A stretch of 64,000 nt of DNA, taken from positions 1,950,263 through 2,014,262 of the forward strand of contig JASGHG010000001.1 in NCBI GenBank assembly GCA_047602425.1, in the 5' to 3' direction. This document shows positions 57,041 through 64,000 of this stretch, one piece after another. The notes under the pieces are model-generated. The model was given only the letters and a program-made list of their open reading frames with translations, made no database searches and was not told the DNA's origin. The DNA comes from Nibricoccus sp. Lineage in GTDB: Bacteria; Verrucomicrobiota; Verrucomicrobiia; Opitutales; Opitutaceae. The position numbers and the translations under genes are program-made. Positions within the stretch are counted from its first letter, which is position 1; every line of letters begins with the position of its first letter.

Positions 57041-57140
57041 CCAGAAGGAGGCTTGGACCGCTAAATGAGGGCAATTCCTTCTATTTTACGGTTCGGCTTG
57101 TTCCGACTGCTTTTCGCAGAAATTGAAGCGATCTCTTCGC

Positions 57141-57227
57141 CTATTTCTTTCCGGCCTTCCGGATGCCAACGATGACCGCGATGAGGATGATACCGCCGAG
57201 AATAAAGAAATTTGTTTCGATACCCAT
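57141..57227 (-). CDS. Possible 28-aa single-TM mini-protein
   Basis: My manual translation gives MGIETNFFILGGIILIAVIVGIRKAGKK*. It is below the ORF-track size cut-off and is supported only by its hydrophobic core and basic tail. Confidence 0.25.
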   Translation of the reverse strand: MGIETNFFILGGIILIAVIVGIRKAGKK

Positions 57228-57447
57228 TTTGCCCGCTTTCCTGTTTTGATAAGTGCGAATGCGCTGAGTCTAAAACTCACGTTTTTCCTCTGCGAAAAAA
57301 TTTGGGGTTTCACGCCCGGCGTTTGCGTTTTTCCGGCGGATGTCCGACGTGAAAATCTGCCCGTCGAAACCTATCCCTATCGACCTTTAGCCCTGAACGG
57401 GCCGCCGGGATTGAAGCCCGGCGGCCCGGTTAAAATGGTCACTGCGC

Positions 57448-58002
57448 CTATCCGCGTCGAGAGCGTGACGACGACGCTGGCTCTTCGCTCTCTTCGGATT
57501 CCTCCTCAGATTCCGAACTTTCTTCCAGATCCAAGCCCATTGCGATCTCGGTGAGAAGTTTGTCGGTTTTCCCCTCTTCATCGAGGGTTTCCTGGAGGGT
57601 CTCCGCGATTTCTTTCTCGCCCGCGATTTCCGCCAAGGTGCGCGCACCGCCGTAACCGGCAATTTCGTAGTGCTCCACTTTCTGCGCCGCAACGATCAGC
57701 GCCATATCCTTGAGCCCGCCTTCGGCGTCCTCCTCGAGCACCTCCTTGCCTTCCTCAATCAGGCCTTCCATCGCCTTGCATTTTTTTCCTTTTGGCGATT
57801 CGCCGAGGGTTTTCATCAGCCGCTCGATGCGCGCGGCGTGCTCTTTGGTTTCCTCGAGATGGGTTTCGAATGCGGTTTTTAATTCTTCGTTTTGTGCGGC
57901 TTTGGCCAAACGCGGCAACGCTTTCGTGAGTTGCATTTCCGCGCTATAGAGATCCTTGAGCTCTTCGATCAGGAGATCTTTGGGAGTGTTGATGGAAGAC
58001 AT
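57448..58002 (-). CDS. YciE/YciF-like ferritin-fold (DUF892) stress protein with an acidic C-terminal tail
   Basis: MSSINTPKDLLIEELKDLYSAEMQLTKALPRLAKAAQNEELKTAFETHLEETKEHAARIE... The tail reads EESSESEEESEESEE. Confidence 0.8.
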   Translation of the reverse strand: MSSINTPKDLLIEELKDLYSAEMQLTKALPRLAKAAQNEELKTAFETHLEETKEHAARIERLMKTLGESPKGKKCKAMEGLIEEGKEVLEEDAEGGLKDMALIVAAQKVEHYEIAGYGGARTLAEIAGEKEIAETLQETLDEEGKTDKLLTEIAMGLDLEESSESEEESEESEEPASSSRSRRG

Positions 58003-58127
58003 TTTTCGATGGGTTTTGAGTTGAGTTGTTCATCGTAAAATAGCCCGAACGCGATGCCGGTGACATCGGAGAATTCCCGTGATAGCGCCTCAGACCGACG
58101 CGTTACAGTCAGCAGGGAACGTGGCGC

Positions 58128-61100
58128 TCAACCTACGACGTGCGGCGCAAGTTCCTCGCGCAATCGACGACAGGCACTGCGCAAGGAGTGCAGGCGCTTT
58201 TCCACAAGTTGCCAGTCTTCCGCACGCGCCGCTTCTTCCAAATCGAGAGAACAGCGACGCACTTGCAGGCCGCCGAATGAAACTGCGTCGCCACCAAAAC
58301 TATGCGCCGCCTGTGCAAGCGCCCCACCCTGCCGGACGTTTGCCAATTCAGCCAAGCGATCCAGGCGGCCGGCTTCGTCGTTGAGATAGAGACCGAGGAT
58401 TTTCGGCAAAACAGATTTTCCCTGCGGATCCTTCAACGCCCGTGTGGTCTCGAAAACCCGGCGATCGATCACCGGATCGGTGGCAATCGATCCATCACCA
58501 GCTCCATTCGGCGCCGAATCAATTCCCAGACGGTCGAACACCGCTTCCAATTCGTGCTGGCGGATTGGTTTTGAAATATAATCGGTCATGCCGGCCGCCA
58601 GGCATTTCACGCGATCTTCCGGTCGCGCGTAAGCGGTGACAGCGATGATCGGCACGGTCGCAGAGATGCCGGGCAGTGTGCCCGAACGGACAAGGCGCGT
58701 CGTTTCATAACCATCCAAAAGCGGCATTTGACAGTCCATCAGAACCAAATCGTACCGTTTTTGAGCAAGCTTCTCCAAGGCCAGATGCCCATCGGCAGCC
58801 TCCTCCGCAAAGCAGCCCATCTTTTTTAGCATAAGCATTCCGACTTGGCGGTTTGCCGAACTGTCTTCGACCAACAAAATATTCAACCCATAACGCTTGC
58901 CCGCGGGCTTTCCTTCATGCTGGGCGGGCGAGTTTCCATTTACCGAAATCGGATTTGGGTCATTAGGCTGGTGCGCTCGCACTGGCGCGAACGACAGCTC
59001 AACCCAGAACAACGACCCTTTGCCCTCCGTGCTCTCAAAGCCAATGGCGCCTCCCATCAATTCGACCAATTGTTGCGAGATCGCGAGTCCCAAGCCCGTC
59101 CCGCCAAAACGCCGGGTGGCACTGCCGTCCGCCTGAACAAAAGGTTGGAAAATTTTGCCCTGTGCCGCTTGCGGAATTCCGATTCCGGTATCGCGAATTT
59201 CAACGCGCAAACGCGTGCGGGTCGCCGCTTCGGCCACCGGCCGCACGGTTACGGTCACCTCGCCCGCTTCGGTAAACTTAATCGCGTTGCCGATCAAATT
59301 GAGCAGCACCTGTCGCACGCGGCCATCGTCCCCCAAAACCAAGGTCTCGGACCAGGGAAGAATTTCGCAAGTGAGCTTGAGTTGTTTTTCCAAAGCCCGC
59401 CTCGAAAGGAGAGCCACGGTTCCCTGGACTAGTTTTGGAAAATCGAACTCGACGGTTTCGATCCGCATGCGTCCGGCTTCGATCCGCGAGAAATCCAAAA
59501 TGTCGTTGATGATGGACAACAAACTTTCCGCACCGCCCAAAATCGTGCGCGCCATCTCGGTCTGCTCCGCGCTAAGCGGAGTCTCGACCAAAAAGTCCGC
59601 CATGCCGATGATGGCGTTCATCGGTGTACGGATTTCATGGCTCATGGTCGCGAGAAATTCCGATTTAAGCTTGGAGGCTTCCAAGGCTTGGTCACGGGCC
59701 TGAACGAGACTCGTTTCGAGCTGTTTCCGTTCAGTGATGTCGAGATTGATGCCGACCACTTTGACGACTTTGCCGTTGACGTCTTTGACCGCGACTTCGG
59801 CTGCCTGGATGTTGCGGGTGGCGCCATCGGAAGGCCGGATGATCCGAAACTCCCGCCGACTTACACCACCACCCACCGCCAAAAGGCGTTGGAGCTGCAG
59901 CTCTTGAGCCGCCAGATCTTCCGGATGCACCGCTTTCGCCCACGCTTCGCGCGAAACCTCGCGGGATGGCGTCGGCGGAATACCGTAAATCCGAAACATG
60001 CCCTCGTCCCAAAATATTTTGCCGTGGTCGATATCCCATTCCCACACGGTCACGCCCCCCGCCTCCGCCGCCAGCCGCAAGCGCTCCTCGTTTTCATGCA
60101 AGACTGACTCGGCCCGCTTGCGTTCGGTGATATCGGTGATGAAGCCGTGCCAGAGCACGCTGCCATCCGCTTCGCGCTCCGGCATCGAATTTCCCAACAA
60201 CCATTTTTCGCCGCCATCGGCAAAACGCACTCGATATTCGCAATGCCAGGTTTGCAACGTACGCGCCGAAAGATCGATCGACTGGCTTACCCGCGACAAG
60301 TCTTCGGGATGTACAGTGGCCAGAACCTTACCGGCGTTTTCACGCACTTCCTCGGGACTTACGCCATAAATCTGCTGGATGCCCGCGCTCGAATAAGGAA
60401 AGCAATAACTGCCATCCGGCCTGCGGCGGAATTGGAAGATCATGCCAGGAACCATCGAGCCGAGTTTGCTCAAGCGCGTCGCAAGCTCGTCGCGAGCCGC
60501 CTGGGCTTTCCTGCTTTCCGTAATGTCCACCGCGACACCCACGAGCCAGAATTTGCCGGGCTCAAGTTTCGAAATCAAAACCGATTCACGTATCCAAATA
60601 AGCTCGTCGCCGCGCAACAGCCGGAACTCCTGAACATAACCCGTCTTTCCCGCCTCCATCGCCGCACGCGAACGCTGGTTCATCTCCGCCTGCTCCGGAA
60701 TTTCGAACTGGTACCACAGGCCCACGCTGGTGACCGGCTCCTGCTGCCCCGACAACCGGCGATATAGGCCGGAGGGATGAATCGTCATCTTCCAATTCCA
60801 TTCTCCACCGCCAAGTTCCACCTTTGCCTCCCAGACGAGACATTCCGCCTGATCGAGCACACGATGCAATCGTTCTTCGCTGGCTTTGAGGGCGGATTCT
60901 GCCTTCTTTCGATTGGTTATATCCTGCACCGCGGTCAGGAAGCCCGTGATCTTTCCATTTTTGTCACGCAGGGCCGTGGTGGCGAGCAGCACCGGCAATC
61001 GGCTGCCGTCCTTGCGGACGTAGGTCCACTCACGTTCGTCCGGCTTGCCGAGCCGCGCCTGAGCTTCGAATACTTCTGCTCCCGGTTCGATTTTTTGTCC

Positions 61101-61610
61101 AAGCATCAAACTCAACTCTGAAGCTCTCGCGGCAACCTCGGATTCCAAGGGCAGAGCCGCCAGCGAACATTTTCCGATGACCTCCGCCTTGGTGTAGCCG
61201 AGCATTTGTTCGGCGCCGGCATTAAATTCGCGGATTGTTCCTCCTGGTTCGGTGGCGATCACGCAAAATCCCGCCGCATCGAGCACGCCGCGCTGCAGTT
61301 GATGAGACGCCGCATCCAACAGTTCGGCTAGTTGTGCGTCTTTGGCTCTTTCGCGCAACTTCCATTCGAATTTGCGTGAAAGATACCATATTGTTACCGC
61401 CAAAATCAAAACGCCGACGGCGGCCCCCGCCGCAACGGTGCCGGCTTTCAGGACGACCGGCGCGGTTCCCACACCGGTCCACAATCTGATCAGGGGAAAA
61501 TTCAAACACCAACCCGCAAGCACCAAACACGAAAGCACCGTCAACCCAATCGCGATGCCACGAACAGCACGCTCCCCCTTCGTCATCACCAAATGTGAAT
61601 CCGTCTTCAT
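58128..61610 (-). CDS. Hybrid sensor histidine kinase / response regulator with multiple PAS domains and a C-terminal Hpt
   Basis: Two N-terminal TM segments and several PAS-like repeats. HisKA SHEIRTPMNAIIGMADFL, HATPase GTGLGLAISQQLVELMGG, REC ILLVEDSSANRQV...DLVLMDCQMPLLDGYE, and a terminal Hpt-like AHSFGGDAVSFGG. Confidence 0.9.
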   Translation of the reverse strand: MKTDSHLVMTKGERAVRGIAIGLTVLSCLVLAGWCLNFPLIRLWTGVGTAPVVLKAGTVAAGAAVGVLILAVTIWYLSRKFEWKLRERAKDAQLAELLDAASHQLQRGVLDAAGFCVIATEPGGTIREFNAGAEQMLGYTKAEVIGKCSLAALPLESEVAARASELSLMLGQKIEPGAEVFEAQARLGKPDEREWTYVRKDGSRLPVLLATTALRDKNGKITGFLTAVQDITNRKKAESALKASEERLHRVLDQAECLVWEAKVELGGGEWNWKMTIHPSGLYRRLSGQQEPVTSVGLWYQFEIPEQAEMNQRSRAAMEAGKTGYVQEFRLLRGDELIWIRESVLISKLEPGKFWLVGVAVDITESRKAQAARDELATRLSKLGSMVPGMIFQFRRRPDGSYCFPYSSAGIQQIYGVSPEEVRENAGKVLATVHPEDLSRVSQSIDLSARTLQTWHCEYRVRFADGGEKWLLGNSMPEREADGSVLWHGFITDITERKRAESVLHENEERLRLAAEAGGVTVWEWDIDHGKIFWDEGMFRIYGIPPTPSREVSREAWAKAVHPEDLAAQELQLQRLLAVGGGVSRREFRIIRPSDGATRNIQAAEVAVKDVNGKVVKVVGINLDITERKQLETSLVQARDQALEASKLKSEFLATMSHEIRTPMNAIIGMADFLVETPLSAEQTEMARTILGGAESLLSIINDILDFSRIEAGRMRIETVEFDFPKLVQGTVALLSRRALEKQLKLTCEILPWSETLVLGDDGRVRQVLLNLIGNAIKFTEAGEVTVTVRPVAEAATRTRLRVEIRDTGIGIPQAAQGKIFQPFVQADGSATRRFGGTGLGLAISQQLVELMGGAIGFESTEGKGSLFWVELSFAPVRAHQPNDPNPISVNGNSPAQHEGKPAGKRYGLNILLVEDSSANRQVGMLMLKKMGCFAEEAADGHLALEKLAQKRYDLVLMDCQMPLLDGYETTRLVRSGTLPGISATVPIIAVTAYARPEDRVKCLAAGMTDYISKPIRQHELEAVFDRLGIDSAPNGAGDGSIATDPVIDRRVFETTRALKDPQGKSVLPKILGLYLNDEAGRLDRLAELANVRQGGALAQAAHSFGGDAVSFGGLQVRRCSLDLEEAARAEDWQLVEKRLHSLRSACRRLREELAPHVVG

Positions 61611-62108
61611 GAAAATTCCCGCGCATGCCTCCAGCCCTTCATAAAGAGGGCGTGCGCCAGCAAGCCTGGCGCGTCGAGAAGCTGAAAAAGCGGCATGACG
61701 GTGGGGTAAATGTGATGGTTATCAGACGAGTATATTTTATACGGTCCCAAATCACAGGTCTTTAGCAAAAGTCGTCAAAACCGCCGCGCGCCGTCTACCT
61801 CACAGTTTTGCTTTGTTAAGCCTGAAGTAGCGCGGCGTCTATTGGGCTATATCGTTTATTTATAATCACTAACAAACTATTATTTTGGCGTCATTTTTCT
61901 CCTACTTAGGTATCGAAAGGAAGAAGCCCACGCCGATTTTTTGCCGGTTTGAACGACCTTTGCCCCCTCTGACCAAGCAGTATCGCCGAAATGGGGAAAT
62001 CGGTCGGATTTTCCTCATCCTGCTTTTTGAAATGCATTCGACCGGTCAAGCGTCGCGTGTCAGAAATGTCGGCGCTTCGTTTCTTTCCCAAACCAGCCTC
62101 TTTCCCTC

Positions 62109-62879
62109 ATGGCACTCGCACTCGATCTTTCGAAACGCGTCGCGCTCGTTACCGGTGCGACCGGGCAACTCGGCCGCGTCATGGCCCGCACGCTTGCGCA
62201 ATGTGGCGCCGACATTGCCCTCCATTACCACAACGATCGCACCAAGGCGGAAACCTTGCAGCGCGAGATCGAAACGCTGGGCCGCCGCGCCGTCGTTGTG
62301 CAGGCCGATGTCACAACATCGGTAAGTCTCAGCGCCATGCGCGATCAGATCGTTGGCGGCCTCGGCGCGCCCGACATCGTGGTGGCGAATGCGGTCGCGC
62401 AAATTTTCCCCTGGACAACGGTTTTGGAGGAATCCGAAGCCGATTACGAGAGCCAGTTCCGCTCCTGTGTGATGCAAAACGTGCTTCTGGCCAAACTATT
62501 CGTTCCCGCCATGATTGCGAAAGGCTGGGGCCGTTACATCGGCATCAATACCGAATGCTCCATGCAAATGTTGTCCACGCAGTCGGCCTATGTCGCCGGC
62601 AAGCGCGGAATGGATGGCATGCTTCGCGTGCTCGCACGTGAGGTGGGACGGCACAACATCACCGTCAATCAGGTCGCACCCGGCTGGACCATCAGCGAAC
62701 AGGATCGCGTGAACAAGACCGAGCGGCGACCCGAGTATGAAGCACATGTTCCGCTCGCTCGACGCGGCACGGATCAAGAGGTGGCCAATGCCGTCGCATT
62801 CCTCGCCTCCGATCTTGCATCGTTCATCACCGGAGCCTTCGTGCCAGTTTGCGGCGGCAATGTCATGCCAACAATCTAA
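62109..62879 (+). CDS. SDR-family oxidoreductase (FabG-like)
   Basis: VALVTGATGQLGRVMARTLAQCGADI, YVAGKRGMDGMLRVLA, INQVAPGW, ITGAFVPVCGG. Confidence 0.8.
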   Translation: MALALDLSKRVALVTGATGQLGRVMARTLAQCGADIALHYHNDRTKAETLQREIETLGRRAVVVQADVTTSVSLSAMRDQIVGGLGAPDIVVANAVAQIFPWTTVLEESEADYESQFRSCVMQNVLLAKLFVPAMIAKGWGRYIGINTECSMQMLSTQSAYVAGKRGMDGMLRVLAREVGRHNITVNQVAPGWTISEQDRVNKTERRPEYEAHVPLARRGTDQEVANAVAFLASDLASFITGAFVPVCGGNVMPTI

Positions 62880-63016
62880 ACTATCCTCTTGGGGTAAACA
62901 CTGCCGCCTGCGCCACCCAAGATGGAACCAAATTCCAAAAAAGTGACTCTAACCACTCAGCGCCGCTCAGTTGGTTAGGCTTCTTCATCCCGTTTCAATC
63001 CACACCCCGCCGCACT

Positions 63017-63595
63017 ATGAAAATCTATTTCGCTCTCCTTCTCGTCGCAGCCTTGGCGTTCGGAGGCCGACTCGCCGCTCACGATTTTTCTGCCCACGAA
63101 TTGGGACCGCTCTCTCCCGAAGAAGCCAGGCTCATTCGGGATTTCCGCGAAAACCCTGAGCCTTATCGTCGGCTTCTCTACGCCCAGCATGCACCTCCTC
63201 AACGCCCCCACCACGCACCCGTTCTTGGGCCAAGAGACGTGATCGACGTCACGGTGGAAGGAGGACTGATCGCATTTAATGGCAAACGCAGAGGCTACGA
63301 ACCTGTTTCCTTTCGCATCGTTCGTGGCGAGACCATCACGATTGCCGTGCGGCGTGAAAGACATTCCGAAGAAACATCGATCGTCGTCTCCTATCGCGCC
63401 GATGGACTGCATTTCGACGTGCCGCGTCAGACGGGTCGCGCCGAGCCGCGAGGCTTTGTTGTGATCGGAGAAGATCCACGCTGGCAAACGGGTGCTCCGA
63501 TCCTGTTCGACGATACAGTGAACAGTTCCCGATCCATCTCCGAGGCCCAAGCCATCTCGTTTCACATTCGCTATGCGGCCTCGCGTAGACCGTAG
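63017..63595 (+). CDS. Hypothetical secreted protein
   Basis: Start placed at the internal MKIYFALLLVAALAFGGRLAA signal peptide. No family recognised. Confidence 0.5.
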   Translation: MKIYFALLLVAALAFGGRLAAHDFSAHELGPLSPEEARLIRDFRENPEPYRRLLYAQHAPPQRPHHAPVLGPRDVIDVTVEGGLIAFNGKRRGYEPVSFRIVRGETITIAVRRERHSEETSIVVSYRADGLHFDVPRQTGRAEPRGFVVIGEDPRWQTGAPILFDDTVNSSRSISEAQAISFHIRYAASRRP

Positions 63596-63604
63596 AACGC
63601 GTTT

Positions 63605-64000
63605 TTATGCCTTCACAAGGGTTCGCTCTCCGCTTTTTGCAGCAGCATAAATCGCCTCGATGATCGCCAGGTCCCTGCGGCCCATTTCACCGGGCGCGAG
63701 TGAAGGGGAACCTGTTAAAAGCTCCAACGCCATGCCATCCAATTGCGCGGCTTGTTGATTGACGCTGGGCTTTCGCACGCGACCGCGCGAAGTTGTGAGG
63801 ACCGGCGTGTCGTAGTAAAAGGCCGGCGGGCCTAATTGAGCCCAGCCGGTGTCCGACTCGACGCGGAAGCGGCTGACGTTTTCGGCGTAGGTGGCAAGGC
63901 ATGAGGCCTTGGCTCCGTCGGAAAATTCGGCTTCCCACTTCACGGATTCCTCGATTTCAGAAAAAATTTCAGGACGAGTGACCGGACCGAAGCTGGCCCG
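63605..64000 (-). CDS. Gfo/Idh/MocA-family oxidoreductase, C-terminal part (N-terminus beyond the window)
   Basis: The frame is open from the stop at 63605 to the window edge. The C-terminal pattern ...NQQAAQLDGMALELLTGSPSLAPGEMGRRDLAIIEAIYAAAKSGERTLV is typical of this family. Confidence 0.65.
   Translation of the reverse strand, partial: RASFGPVTRPEIFSEIEESVKWEAEFSDGAKASCLATYAENVSRFRVESDTGWAQLGPPAFYYDTPVLTTSRGRVRKPSVNQQAAQLDGMALELLTGSPSLAPGEMGRRDLAIIEAIYAAAKSGERTLVKA

Noticed and set aside
1-64000. CRISPR arrays, rRNA genes, intact tRNA genes, IS elements and transposases.
   Set aside because: I scanned all intergenic regions over 80 bp by eye. I found no spaced repeats, cloverleaf-compatible sequences or transposase-like ORFs.

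Overview
The window is 64 kb of chromosome, probably from the Verrucomicrobiota (Opitutales-like). That placement is an inference from gene content: autotransporter-associated beta-repeat proteins, TonB-dependent receptors without SusD partners, and dense CAZyme loci.

**Block 1 (1-32.4 kb): polysaccharide-utilisation region.** It carries two alginate-lyase-fold lyase domains, GH88, KduD, a PfkB kinase, ManA, ThuA, two GH43 enzymes, a GH42-like enzyme, a beta-helix protein, an SSS symporter, two TonB-dependent receptors and two LacI regulators (one frameshifted). An orientation-locked 13-nt motif, TTAMCAGTGWAAM, sits in eight of its promoter regions.

**Block 2 (32.4-55.3 kb): accessory DNA.**
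- It starts with an excisionase-like gene and a Phd/YefM plus zeta-like toxin-antitoxin pair.
- A roughly 20.5-kb segment follows, bracketed by two direct copies of a tmRNA-type 3'-end fragment (34702-34728 and 55227-55253). No integrase is visible.
- This segment is one co-directional minus-strand array. It holds nine tandem paralogous Sec-secreted tail-fibre-like proteins with conserved ends and variable, motif-punctuated cores. The first and last copies are frameshifted.
- Downstream in the same array are a YD-containing accessory protein and a 1988-aa Sec-signal RHS toxin with an N-terminal transglutaminase-like domain and a glycine-zipper-like C-terminal toxin. A translationally coupled 68-aa two-TM putative immunity gene follows, then two related secreted proteins, one a truncated duplicate.
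- Two GC-rich non-coding stretches (32.44-32.93 kb and 54.33-54.72 kb) remain unexplained.

**Block 3 (55.3-64 kb): core-like genes.** These are a PA0069-type radical SAM protein, a YciE-like ferritin-fold protein, a large PAS-rich hybrid histidine kinase, an SDR, and a Gfo/Idh/MocA oxidoreductase cut by the window edge.

No rRNA gene, intact tRNA gene, CRISPR array or IS element was recognised. All calls come from reading translations and nucleotide patterns by eye; no searches were run.
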